From contig NC_058134.1 of the NCBI RefSeq assembly GCF_016433145.1, positions 64,065,387 through 64,129,386 on the forward strand: a stretch of 64,000 bases of DNA, in the 5' to 3' direction. The notes below the pieces were generated by a model that worked only from the letters and a program-made list of their open reading frames with translations, ran no database searches and was not told where the DNA came from. The first letter of the stretch is position 1, and every line of letters begins with the position of its first letter. The position numbers and the translations under genes are program-made. Positions 48,098-61,274 of this stretch are shown here, piece after piece. The stretch is from Gracilinanus agilis (Eukaryota).

Positions 48098-48901
48098 ATA
48101 TAGCCAGTTAATATCAATTAGCTTTTAACAAGGGAAATTTGCTAAAAAGATATATCAATAACCAAATGATAAAAACAACACCAGTTCCCACCCCCACCCA
48201 AACTGGGACATCCTCTTCCATTATACCTCAGACTCTAGGGAGAATGGACTTATCTAAAGGGACTGCTAACAGCCTTCCTCCTAAGACCAAGTTTACTTCC
48301 AGATATTACATAGCTGGACAACTTCCAGATGGACAAGTTGCTCAGTTTTTCAGGATGGGGTCTATCCTCTGGGCTGATCCACTGCCAGGCAAGTCACTTT
48401 TTGGCCCCTTCCCAAGCTTGGCCATTGGACTTCTGGCTTTTTGAGATCTCCTAAGGCTCTACTTGAAACAAAAGAAGATTCAGACAGAAGGCAGCCTTAT
48501 CCCAGAGACAGGCTCGCCTGCTCAGCCATGGGCTCCTGGGCTAGCCAGTGGGGAGAAGCCCTTCAGAGGCATTTTTATACTTTGTGGATAGTAAGAAAAA
48601 AGAAGGAAAGATCTGGTCTGTTTGTAATCTTTGTATGTACCCATAGTTCCAATTCAGCAACCAAATAAAAGGTTTTTTCTTTACTACCCTCTAAGGGGAT
48701 TTGGTAAACAGTCCCAATACCTAGGTAGACTCTGAACTGAAAGCCAAAGCCAGCTTGTAGACATACCCACAATGCCCGTGCCTGAAGGAAGATTAGGCTC
48801 TCATTGGCCAGAAATGTTTATTCTCTTTGGCACAAAATGATTTATCTTTTCAAATCACATGCACTCTTGTAAAGGCTCAGATCCTCCAAAGGCCACTAAA
48901 G

Positions 48902-48903
<2 letters not shown>

Positions 48904-48956
<53 letters not shown>
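48904..48956. repeat. (TG)n microsatellite
   Basis: Pure TG run. Confidence 0.95.
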
Positions 48957-48958
<2 letters not shown>

Positions 48959-50874
48959 GGGGTGGGCAGAGATGGGAGGAGGTGTTGGGGTAGCTTTCAA
49001 ACTTTGTCTAGGACCTCCAAATGTTTTGTCTCAGCGTGACCTACAGGCTTATTGTTCATTTTTCATCGTCCACTTTATGACCATTTACTTGTATTATATC
49101 ATGTATTTGATATATTATCATCATAAACATATTTATATGTTGGTAAGTTAGTGGATTCTCCCCAGCTAGAGCCAGATGCAAGAGAAACCACACAATTGAT
49201 GACACCTCCTAGAACCAGAGTTCAACTCAGCTGACAAACTTGTGGGGGGATAGTGATTTTGTACATGTTGCCCTGAGTCTTTGAAGGTGAAAAAGAAGGC
49301 TTTGAAGGGACACGGTGGCCCCGGAGGCCGTTTCTGTTCCTGATGATCAGGCTGTTTCCCATGGTGTTACTCTCTAGGATATTTTCCACACTTGTATTGT
49401 AGAGACAGATGAAGGCACAATGAAATAGCTCATCCTGGAGAATGAGGATTCTGAAACTGTGGAGTTGGTTAGCATCCTAATGACCTGTTTGCCCATGAAG
49501 CAGAAAACAAGTGACTCACTGAGGAATCTCTAACACTTTCCAGATTAGGAGTGAGTTGACTATATAATTATTCGTCCTCCTCCCTCTTCTTTTAGAGGAG
49601 AGAGACATCAAACACAAAGACTAAATTTCCAGATTCTCCACCTCATCTCCATGCCAGAGGAAGGGAAGAAAGGGAACGAAAGAGGAAAAGGAAAGGGAAG
49701 CCAAAAAAGAGGAGAGAAGAGAGAAGGTGTTTCTACCTTTTGGGGGGTAGAATTCATTCTTGGGGCTTCTGGAATACTCACATTTGTAAAAAGGGGGTAG
49801 GTGGTGGAGGTCAGAGATCAAATGGAATGAATAGTCCACGTTCCACATGAAAATAATGCTTCTGCTCTTACTATCTATTATCCTAATTAAACTTCTTACT
49901 GGGATAATGATGCTGGTATATGGGTATTTTGATTGACATCTTGAAGGGAAGAAAAGTAATGGCTAGTGGCTGGAGGGATAAGCTGAGTGAGCTGATTGGT
50001 AGATGCTCACACATAGTCTGAACCGAATGTCAGAACCTTAACACAGGGGAGCAGCGTCATAAGATGAGTGACAGCCAGTGAGCTTTAGGGGGCCTGACTC
50101 AGGGAACTGGCTCATGGCCACAGTGTCCCCTAGCGGCTACATTTATAAGTTACTGCTCTTGAAAACTTGCATTCATTTTTAAATACTCCAAAATTTGGGA
50201 TTTTCACTACAGTCACAAAATCATTTTGATTGATGTTAGGAGAAGTAGAAAAATATGTTGGCTGACATTAATAGAAACAAACTTTGTCTGTTATCGTCAT
50301 CTAATTGCATTTTTAATTTTTCAACTCATTCTTTCACATCCTACCCCCTATCCCAATCACCCAGCCATATAGGAAACACTGGCTACCCTTTCCTCTCTTC
50401 CCTGTCTCAGATGCCTCCATGAACGGTTTCATTCCTATACTATCTTCTATTCTCAAATCCCTTGATCCCTTGTTCTATTGCCAATCACCTTGCCAAACCA
50501 TGATCCAATAAATATTGATTGTTTACTACATACCAGGAACTATACGAAGCATTGGGGAAATGATTAATAAAAAGAAAGACAGTCACTGCCCTCAAAGAGT
50601 TTACAATTTAATTGTTCTTCAGTCATGTTCAATCCTTTGTGACCCCATTTGGGATTCTATTGGCAAAGATACTATTGTGGTTTGCCATTTCCTTCTCCAA
50701 CTCATTTTAAAGACAGACTTAAGTAACTTGCCTAGGATCACAGTTAGTAAGTGTGTGAGGTCAGATTTGAACTCAGGAGTAAGAAAGAGGATGAGAAGGA
50801 GGAGGAAGAAGAGGAGGAGAGGAAGGAGGAAGGGGAGGAGGGGGAGAAGAAGAGTTCCCAAAGAGTTATAAATT

Positions 50875-51350
50875 TTGGAACATCTAGGTTCTTTCCCTTT
50901 TTATCCTAATCTTCTTGGGAAATAGACATGGCAATATCTGGGTCTAAGGGTGTGCACAGTTTTATAACTCTTTAGTCATAATTCCAAATTGCTCTCCAAA
51001 ATGGTTGGATCAGTTTGCAATTCCACCAATACTGTATGAACCTATATGTTCTAAAATATTTATAGCAGCTCCATTATTGTTGGTGACAAATTGGAAATTG
51101 AGGGGATGCCCATCAATTGGGAAATGGCTAAACAAGTTATGGCATATGATTGTGATGGAATACTGCACTGTAAGAAATGACAAGGAGGGTCATATTTTTT
51201 AAATGGAAGGACCTACATGAAATTATGAATATTGAAACAAGCAGAATCAAGAGAATAGCATATGCAGCAACAGAAATATTGTTTGAATAATGATATGTGT
51301 ATGTCCACCTTCAGAGAAAGAACTGATCAAAACAGAAATAAGGAAGACAT
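50875..51350 (+). mobile_element. 5'-inverted (twin-primed) old L1 fragment
   Basis: Antisense ORF2-type block (~50875-51035) abuts a sense block (~51040-51350). Confidence 0.65.
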
Positions 51351-52043
51351 CTTTTGTGTGTGTGAGAGAGAGAGAGAGATGTGAGAATTTTTATGTAACA
51401 AACTAATTAATTAATTTTAAACACAAGATTGATATACAAAGTGATAAAGATCTTCCTTGGTTAATCCTGATTCTGTCTGAGGGGACTCTATTGGTGAAGC
51501 TTACTATATGCCCACATGATAAATAAAGTGGATTCTTTCCTTAGTTGAGATGAACCTCGTTACCTCTTACCTGCAACTGAGCTTCAATTAAAACCATTTT
51601 AAGCCATGGCTTCTCTCCTGGTTGGTTTCTTTTCTCTTATTCTACCTGACCTCAAAAAGCAGAACTAGGAGGAATGGATGGTCATTTGAATAAAGCAAAT
51701 TCATGTTTGATATCAGGATAAACGGCTACCAATTAAAAGTATCTGAAAGAAGAATGGCTGTCTTGGAAGGTAATGATTTCCCCTCATGATTAGGCTATGG
51801 AGCTATGGAGAGAATTCTTCTAGCTATATACAAACTGTACTAGATGGCTTCTGGGTTCCTTCCAGTGGTAACTAGGTAGGACAGTGAAGAGATCACTGGG
51901 TATAGAATCAATTAATCAACCAATAAACATTAAGTGCCCACTATATGCCAGGCATTATGCTAAAGGCTAAAGAAACTAAAAGAGAGAGGCCTGTCTCTGC
52001 CCTTAAGGAGCTTACAATCTAATAAAGGAGAAAACATCAAAAC

Positions 52044-52233
52044 NNNNNNNNNNNNNNNNNNNNNNNNNNNNNNNNNNNNNNNNNNNNNNNNNNNNNNNNN
52101 NNNNNNNNNNNNNNNNNNNNNNNNNNNNNNNNNNNNNNNNNNNNNNNNNNNNNNNNNNNNNNNNNNNNNNNNNNNNNNNNNNNNNNNNNNNNNNNNNNNN
52201 NNNNNNNNNNNNNNNNNNNNNNNNNNNNNNNNN
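52044..52233. other. Assembly gap (190 N) within an L2 remnant
   Basis: Run of N; flanks are L2-like. Confidence 0.98.
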
Positions 52234-53619
52234 GGAAATGATGGAATTAAGAGAAGTTTAGGAAGGTTTCCTAGAGAAGGTGGGAATTTATTGGGACTTA
52301 AAGGAAGTCAGGGAGGTCAATAGTCAAAGCAGAAAGAGGACAGTCAGAGGAAATGCCAGGAGCTAAGAGATGGAATGTCTTTGTTGGCACAGCCAAGAGG
52401 CTAAGGTCACTGATTCAAAGAGTACTTGTTTGGGGAGTAAGATGGAAGAAGCCTGGAGAGGTAGAAGGGGGCTAGTTTATGAAGAGATTTGAATGTTGAT
52501 GGAAGATTTTGTATTTTGCTCTTGGAGGCAATAGGAAGCTGCTAACTTTTACTGAGTGGGGTGAAAAGGGTGCTATGATTAGATATGTATTATAGGAAAA
52601 TCATTTTAGTGACTGAATGTAGAATAGATTAGAGTGGGGAGGGTCTTGAAGCCAGCAGACCCACCAGCAAGCTATTGCAGTAACCAAGGTGTGAATCAAT
52701 GAAGATCTGCTCTAGAATGGTGGCAGTCAGGGGAGAAAAGGGGGCGAATACAGATAGGTTGCAAAGGTAAAATCAGCAGACCTTGGCTAATAGCTTGAGT
52801 GAGAGATAGTGAGGAATCCAGGATGACTCATAGATTGTGAGCTCAAGAAATTGGGAGGATGATGTTGCACCCTACAGTAAAAGGGAAGGTAGAAGAGGAA
52901 GAGGGTTTTATAGGGAGAGATAATGAGTTCTGTTTTAGATATATTGAGTTTAAAATGTCTATTAGACATCAAAACTAGCTTCAGATACTTACAATCTTGA
53001 GCAAGCCAAAAATCCATAAAAACAAGATCATAATAGCACTTGTAGAGTTTACATTTGTAAGGATCAAATGATATCAAATGAAATAATATTTATAGAGCAC
53101 TTAGCACATACCTGGTACATACAAGCTACTTAATAAACACTTGTTCTCTTCCTATTCTAAAATCCTGTGATTCTTAGGCTAATGACTCATTCTGAGATTT
53201 CTGAACTCCAGGGAAATGGTCATTTCAACTCAGAACTCCTTGTCTAATCTTAGACAAGATCCAGAGTGAGAAAGTATAGAATTAGAGACTTGCAGCCAAA
53301 GGGAACCTTTGCTGCCACCCACTCATTTTACAGATAAGGAAACTAAAGTCCAATTGTATATAGTCACACAGGTGGTAAAAACCAAGCTGGGATTTGAACC
53401 TAGGTCCTCTGACTCTAAATCTTGTGCTCCTGGCTACAACAAAAGTAACAATACCGCTGTACTTTGCCCTGGTAAAATCGCACTAGAAGTATTATGTTCC
53501 TGTGTTGGAGCAACATTTTATGAGCATTCCTAGAGAAGGGTAATAGAATTGTTGAGGGAGTTAAAGACAATGGCAGATTATGATCCTTTGATCTTTTTAA
53601 AGCCCCAAGATCTGGACTA

Positions 53620-54210
53620 AAGAGACCATTTACAGGGTTCATGATAGCTGTCTTTAAGAATCTGTGGAAGAAGCAGATTACCTTATTCTGCTTGGTCCTA
53701 AAGAATGAAGACATAAGCATCTTTTCTTGGTTAGTTTCAGAGAAGTAAATTTAGGGTCGGTATAAGGAAATTCTTTATAAAAATTTGAGTCATCCTAAAG
53801 TAATATGGGCAGCCTCAGTAGGTTCCATAATACTTTTATTGTTGTTCAGTCCTGCCTGACTCTGTGACCCCATTTGAGGTTTTTCTGGCAAAGATACTAT
53901 AATGCTTTTCTATTTCCTTCTCTAGCACATTTTCTAGATGAGGAAAGTGAGACAGGCAGGGTTAAATGACTTGCCCAGGGTCACATAGCTTGTACTTATC
54001 TGAAGCCAGATTTGAACTCAAGAAGATGAGTCTTCCTGACTCCAAACCTAGCACCATATCCACTGGGCCACCTAGCTGCCCTTTCCATCATTAGAGAGGA
54101 CAATGAACAGAGGCACATTGCCAGGATGTCATAAAAGGGACTCCTATTTGGGTCTAGGTTAGACTAGATAGCTTTTGAGTTCTCTCCCAATTCTAAAATT
54201 ATTCTGTGAC
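53620..54210 (+). mobile_element. L3/CR1 3' fragment interrupted by an antisense MAR1 SINE
   Basis: CR1-type gatagctgtctttaag...aaatttagggtcggtataaggaaa, resuming after the SINE; ends ccaattctaaaattattctgtga. Confidence 0.6.
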
Positions 54211-55585
54211 TGTATATAGCAAATAGTATGGCTAAACAAGCAGTTTAAATCATTTTTATCACTTTCTAAATCAAGAAGTAATTGCTAGTTTTATTTTATA
54301 TAGTTTTTATATTTTATATAATTTTTATAGTTTTATAGTTTTATTTTATATAATTATTTTGTTTAGCGTTTTAAATGAGATACATTATTGTATACATATA
54401 TAAATATACATGTATGTTTTAATCATTTAACCACATTTGCTTTTATCAGATATATATATAGATAGATAGATTCTGAAATGAAATTCTGAAATACAAGAAG
54501 AACCCTTTTAAGTCGTTCTGTCTTAAATGTTATTCCTCTTCATGTATTCTACAGCCCAGCTAAAATAATCTTTCTATTATTTCTCATATCCTTCATCTCC
54601 CGCCTATGTGCATTTGCATTGGCCATTCCCCCATGCCTAGAATGTCCGCCCTCATCCTCTCCATCTCTTGGAGATCCTGACTTCGCTCAGTACTCTCTTA
54701 AAGCACTACCTTCTCACTATGAAGCTTTATCTGATCCACTCCCCACTAAAAGACAGGGCCTCTTCCAGTCAAATGAATGTGTGTTTGGTTGGTATATACT
54801 ATGTCTCCATGGATAGAAAGTAAGATCCCTCAGGGCAGGGATTGGTTCATTTTTTTTTTTTCATTTTTGTATATTTGGTGTCTAACGTGTTTATTAAGAG
54901 CTTAATAAATGCTTATTTGGTTATTGATTGATTATCGTTTTCTGACTGAGTATCGTCAATTTCATCATCTATTAAAATGGGGGAGGGGAGTTGGATTAGA
55001 TGATCTTGAAGGCTTTATTTCTGCTCGGAATCCTAAGATTTGATGAGCAAAGGGTACAGGTAATCGACGGTAGAGGCAAATGGCTGTAATTCTCTAATTC
55101 AACACCAGAGGGAGCCAAAGGACTTCTTTAGCGCCCTGAAAGGCAAGTGTCCCTTTGGTTATGTTAGCTTTTTATTGAATTCTCACAAAGGGAAGCCAGA
55201 TAAAGAATCAAATGTAATCGAATCACCAGAATGTAACTTCTCAAATTCTTCTCCCAACGTGTCCTATGACGCTAAGAAGGTTTAGAAATATGGGGAATGT
55301 TGTAGGAACAGATGGAGCCATTCATCCTAATATCTTGTGAAATTTATCAATTTCCTTTTACTCAGAATTCTGCTGTAGAAAAGTTAAATTGAATCACTTT
55401 GATCTCCAAGACCAAAGACTTCAAATCTGGGAAGTTCTTGTCTTACTATTTGATATCATAATTCATCTCCATTATTTTTGGGGGGCAAAGAAAACTAGAT
55501 TTTAGTTCATTAATTCATCTTCACATAGAAACATTCAGTAGATTTTGTTAAGATTCAAAAGGCAATCTTGAAAATGGTTAGGTTT

Positions 55586-55780
55586 GGGGGCAGCTGGGTG
55601 GTTCAGTGGGTGGAGAGCCAGGCCCAAAGATAGGAGGTCCTGGGTTCAAATGCGACACTTCCTAGCTGTGTGACCCTGGGCAAGTCACTTAACCTCCATT
55701 GTCTATCTCTTACCATTCTTCTCCCTTGGAACCAATACAAAGTATTGATTCCAATAGGGAAAGTAAGAGTTTTTTAAAAA
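55586..55780 (+). mobile_element. SINE1_Mdo-type SINE
   Basis: High identity to the 21391 copy. Confidence 0.9.
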
Positions 55781-56724
55781 TGAAAATGATTAGGTTTGCC
55801 TGGAATCCTGCTTCTTGTTTTTATAAAGACCTCTATGGCTTCCTCTTCCTCATTGTTTCTTTCTGAATGTCAGATTCTTAGGATATAAATGATCAGTATG
55901 TATAAAATAACAATTATAGTAATAGCTAAGTGTATGGCATTGTTGAGCTTGGCGTCAAATAGACTTAAATTCAAATTTGGCCTCAGACCCATACTAGTTT
56001 TGTGATTCCAGACAAATCACTTGACCACTACCTGCCTCAGTTTCCTCAACTGTAAAAATGGGGATAATTATAGCACCAACCTCCCAGAGCTGCTGTGAAG
56101 GTCCAATGAGATAATATTTGTAAAGCACTTTGCACAGTGCCTGGCACATAGGAGGCACTTAATAAATGCTTTCCCTCCTCTTCCTTTTACTAGTGCTTTA
56201 CTCTACAAAGTGATTTCGATTCAGCCCTTTGAGATGCTGTGAAATAAATGGAATTTCTCTCAATGGCTGAGTTCTTCCTTTATCACAAATTAGAGTAAAT
56301 TATGATTATCTTCCCAAGATAAGGTTTCTGATTCTCAAAAGGAGATCAAATGAACCTAAAATCTTCCTTTATCAGCATGTGGCTCGGCAACACCAGTTTA
56401 AAATATAAACTCACTTGCAAATGTGAGAGAGATGGTAGAATATTGTAAGTAAATACTGAAAAAAAAGCAAGAAGCAGTGAAGGGAGAATCTAGTTTAAAA
56501 AAGTATTTCAAGAGACTCAAGAGGGAAATCCCAATCTCTACCCACCATCCCTTATTACAAACACTCTCCCTGTTCATAAGCTACTCTCTTTGTAGAGAAA
56601 ATCTAAATCGCTGTTCAAAAAATCTTCTATCTTGGATTTGGTCTCACTGTGAGGCTTCCTATTAGGTGACAATGTGATGGGGGGAAAGGCCACAGGATAA
56701 ATATCACAGGGCAATCCCCTAAAC

Positions 56725-56928
56725 CAGTGATGGGCAAACTTTTTAAAGAGGGGGCCAAAGGAAAGGAAATGCTCATCTGTCAGCCTGTTTCTAAGGCAAC
56801 TCTTTCGAAGTTTCATTGTATCGTATCCTACTCATTGTATTCATCAAATTAGAAATAATGTCCGGTGACTGGATAGAACATTTCAGGGGGCTGCATCTGG
56901 CCTTCGGGCTGTAGTTTGCCCATCACTG
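56725..56928 (+). mobile_element. Non-autonomous hAT element, family B (second copy)
   Basis: Termini CAGTGATGGGCAAACT...AGTTTGCCCATCACTG; duplication ccctaaac/ccctaaat (7/8). Confidence 0.92.
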
Positions 56929-57861
56929 CCCTAAATAAAACTCCCTATTCTAATTAAGCCTAAGAGTATAAGAAAAATTCTAATCTACCATTTTCTGTCT
57001 GGTTGTAGGTCATCTTGACTCCAAGAAATAATAAGGAGGCAAGGAAAATATGAATGTGATGAGGCATTCAGACCTGCCACTTGAGTGAAAGAATCTAAAA
57101 ACCTTGTATCTACCACCCTGGAGCTGCTGCATCTTGAACCTAAGACCTTGGCATTGAATCCTAGAAGTAGAGGAAAGAGCTTTGGTTTTAGAGTCAGAAG
57201 TTTTGGGTTCAAATGTTCTGGAACTCTGTCTCTGTGACCTTGGGCAAGTCACCACCACTCTGGACTTCAATTTCCTTGTCAGTACATAAGGATGCTAGAT
57301 GAGATGCTCTCCTGTGAACTACCTCAGCCTCCAGAGGGAAAGCAAGTAGATGTCTTTTTGTTAGGTCTTTTAAGATTTTGTTGGGTACCGGGTCATTGAA
57401 AGTGAGCTCTGAATCTGTCTTACCTCTAATCTTTTTAATCCATCTTCACAACAGAGACTATCGAATCCTTATGAGACACTATGGATTTCTCTGCTTTTGG
57501 GTTTCTCTAGCTCCATCTAAGAAACATCATATTGAAAAGGGACCTAATAAAGACTAGTCTCTAGTAGCTATGGCAGAAGGGGCTAAATAGAAACAAAACA
57601 CTGAATCAGGACCAGGCAGTGACATGAGAGGCCCCTCTACACTGAGGACTCTCATCATGACTCAGGTCATGTCCACCTTTGGGACCTTTGAAGAAATTAG
57701 TCTAGCTGTTGCAGAAAAGAAACAAGATAATCATATTTCAGGTCACTCATTCAGAATTAGGTGTTGCAAGTTAAATAAGCAAATTGAAATTCCCCTGGTA
57801 AATTAGTTTAAGAGTTGGGCAAAATGCTTAAGTGTTTTGTAAGCTGAAACTTGGGCAGGTT

Positions 57862-57863
<2 letters not shown>

Positions 57864-57917
<54 letters not shown>
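57864..57917. repeat. (CA)n microsatellite
   Basis: Pure CA run. Confidence 0.95.
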
Positions 57918-57920
<3 letters not shown>

Positions 57921-57936
57921 TTAAGGAATCACTGAT

Positions 57937-58335
57937 ATTACATTCGATTTTACCATAGTGTATCAGTCTCTGTGTATAATGTTCTCCTGGTTCTGCTCCT
58001 TTTACTCTGCATCAATTCTGTACTAGCAGCAATGCAATGATCCAGGACAATTCTGAGGGATTTATGGAAAAGAAAGCTACCCACATGCAGAGGAAGAACT
58101 ACAGGAGAGGAAACACAGAAGAAAGACAACTGCTTGAACACTTGGGTTGATGTGGACACGATTAGGAGTAGCCTCTTAATGACCACCCTAGAACAATTAT
58201 CAATAATATGGAAATAGATCTTGATCGATGACACAGGAAGAAACCAGTGGAAATGTGCATTGTCTACTGGGGGTGGGGAGGTGGGGAGAGAGAGAGCAAA
58301 AACATGAATCATGTAACCATGGGAAAAAAATTTTT
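57937..58335 (+). mobile_element. Twin-primed L1_Mdo-type insertion (inverted 57937-58020, sense 58021-58335)
   Basis: The inverted piece is the L1 sequence just upstream of the sense piece, with ~10 nt lost at the junction. Outer duplication aaggaatcactgat at 57923-57936 and 58962-58975. Confidence 0.88.
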
Positions 58336-58374
58336 TTTTCAGAGTTTTCCTTGAGGAGTTTTATTTTTTATTTT

Positions 58375-58918
58375 TTTAACTTTTATTAATATTCATTTTT
58401 AACATGGTTACATGATTCATGCTCCACCTTTCCCCTTCAACCCCCCCCCCGTGCCCTCCCCCACCCATGGCCGATGCGCATTTCCACTAGTTTTGTCATG
58501 TGTCCTTGATCAAGACCAATTTCCAAAGTGTTGGTAGTTGCATTGATGTGGTAGTTTCGAGTCCACACTCTCAATCATGTCCACCCCGACCCATGCGTTC
58601 AAGCAGTTGTTTTTCTTATATGTTTCCTCTCCTGCAGTCCTTCCTCTGAATGTGGGTAGCATCTTTACCATAAATCCCTCAGAATTGTCCTGGGTCATTG
58701 TATTGCTGCTGGTGCAGAGGTCCATTACATTCGATTTTACCACAGAATGTCAGTCTCTGTGTATAGAGTTCTTCTGGCTCTGCTCCTTTCGCTCTGCATC
58801 AGTTCCCGGAGGTCTCTCCAGTTCGCCTGGAACTTCTCCAGTTTGTTATTCCGTTTAGCACAATAGTATTCCATCACCCGCATATACCACAGTTTGTTCA
58901 GCCATTCCCCAATTGAAG
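58375..58918 (-). mobile_element. L1_Mdo-type 3' end inserted antisense into the tail of the preceding L1
   Basis: Reverse complement of 58021-58320 plus further upstream L1 sequence; lies inside the outer duplication. Confidence 0.9.
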
Positions 58919-59129
58919 GAAAAATTTTTTTAAATAAAAAAATTTAATTTAATTTTTAAAAAAGGAATCACTGATGTTGACTTTCCTGTCTTCTTTTCGG
59001 AATTATCACCCTTAGAGTGACTTCTAGATTTCTCCATGCCAGAATGACCCATGATATAACTAACTTTAAAAACATTAGTTTTTATTTCCTGAATTTCCCT
59101 AATGGCCTTTTGAAAAGAGCTAGGAATTA

Positions 59130-59317
59130 GGTCTTCTAGGTGGCTCAGTGGAGTTAGGAAGCCTGGAGTCAGGAGGACCTACGTTCAAATCTGGCCTAAG
59201 ACCAGGTTTGCCATCTCTAGCAATGTGAGCCTGGGCAAGTCACATTAACACTATTTACTTAGCCCTTGTCCTTCTGACTTAGAGTTGTTGCTAGGACAGA
59301 AAGTAAGGATTTTTTTA
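59130..59317 (+). mobile_element. Marsupial CORE-SINE with 17-bp target duplication
   Basis: aaaagagctaggaatta at 59113-59129 and 59318-59334. Confidence 0.88.
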
Positions 59318-59757
59318 AAAAGAGCTAGGAATTAACTTTCTCCTATCAAGGCCCAGAGAACATGAAATCTATTTGGAGATCTCCACATATAGGAGGGCCA
59401 TAAAAAACTTGAAAAGGGTCAGGGTTAAGGTTATGTTATATACCTGAAGCCTGATTTCCATATTTGCCCTGTTACTTTCCAAGAAAAGATATGCAGCAGA
59501 AAAGAACCTTAAACTGTTTATTAGCAATCTATACAGAAGCAGAAATCAGAAAAGATGTATTTTAGTAGAAGTTGATTTCTGCACCCCCCCCATTCTAATC
59601 CCCCATTCATTCAATACTGGAAGCATTTAAATAGTAACTCATTAGGAAACAGAGATGACAAGGGGGGGCACTGGCTAAAGTATCAGTTTTAGAGGAGGGA
59701 AGAGACATAGAAATTGAAATTACAACTAACTAGTATTTGATGTTAAGGATATTCAAT

Positions 59758-59966
59758 NNNNNNNNNNNNNNNNNNNNNNNNNNNNNNNNNNNNNNNNNNN
59801 NNNNNNNNNNNNNNNNNNNNNNNNNNNNNNNNNNNNNNNNNNNNNNNNNNNNNNNNNNNNNNNNNNNNNNNNNNNNNNNNNNNNNNNNNNNNNNNNNNNN
59901 NNNNNNNNNNNNNNNNNNNNNNNNNNNNNNNNNNNNNNNNNNNNNNNNNNNNNNNNNNNNNNNNNN
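59758..59966. other. Assembly gap (209 N)
   Basis: Run of N. Confidence 1.
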
Positions 59967-61274
59967 GATTTCTTAAAAGCTTAAAAGCTGGGCATACAAA
60001 TACAATAAACAAGACAGTCTATATCCTAGAGGAATTTATACTCAAATAAAAGAAGTCAATATATATAAAAAGGAACTAGAAAGTTGAAGGTAGAGGGACA
60101 GAGTACTCTTAGGGAACGAGGCTGCTGTTGAGTAGGTGGAAAAGTCCAGAGTGAGAACCTGGCTGAGACAGAAGTGAGAATGGCTGAGAACAGTCATGGA
60201 ATGGTTTTTGTTGTTTTTGTTTAGTTGTTTTGATAATGTCTGACTCTTATAAGTCAAGAGGATAATATGGGTTGTAAATGAAATGAGTATGATGGGACCC
60301 TCACATGAAAGAGGAGGAGCAGTGTTGACAAAGCTTGTTTTGTTTGTTTCCTTCTCCCTAAGAACTCTGGAGTTTGCTTTAGCATTAATGAAAGCACATC
60401 ACTTCTGGCATGCCACACATCAGAAACTCTGAGGGAGATGCTTGCTGCCTTTGATTCTGAAAAGTAAAGAGGTATCATTTGGGCACTACTCAGACTAATC
60501 CAGTCTTTCAGTTTCTGGATAAAGTTAAGAATATCACATCATAGTAAAAAGAATTCATTTCAAAGTAACTAAACTTATCCCTTGAGAACAATATGCATCC
60601 AATAATTCATTTATTCATTAACCCTAAATGTGATTTCATTGATATGAGTATTCCCTCCAATGGTTATAACCCATCCATGCCTATCTTTCCTCTAGGGCTC
60701 TCATTAATATTTTTATAAATTCACCTGAAGGGTTCAATGAATTGGGTTCCTTCCTCAAGCTCTCTTGAGGCTATCTAGGTACCAAAGGCTCACACAGGCT
60801 GTCCACTGGTTTTCATGGCTGGTCCATCTTCGGTCCTAGTACACGTTTTTCTCATGGTATCCTTTACCCAACTTCTCTTAAGTAGTTTTCTATTTATCTG
60901 CCTTGGCTCTCTCCATGGTAGCTCAGGTAAACGTAGAGAGCTGGATAAGTATTAGTTATTGTTAGTCATGTGCAAGGCCCTGTGCTAGAGATATAAAGAA
61001 GAAAAGGCAATGATTCCTATTCCCAAAAAGCCTAAAGTGTAGGAAAGAGAGATAAAGCCCAGTACACCAGGCAGAGTATTTAAGTAACTGCCATTGATGA
61101 AATATAAATAGCATGCTATAGGGTTTAGAGCAGGGCAAGAACACAACCACTTGGGGAAATCAGGGAAGGTTTCACAACGATTACAAAAATCAGTCTGAAA
61201 ATTTAAGCAATGAAAATCACGAATACTTTCACCACACTAACAACTAAGAACTGATATCCAATAAAGCCAAAACC

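Noticed and set aside
50515-50871. ORF ending in a protamine-like Arg/Lys run
   Set aside because: Built from L2 and MAR1 remnants plus a GGA/GAA microsatellite.
57950-58858. Three ORFs of 77-120 aa
   Set aside because: All lie within L1 3' sequence.
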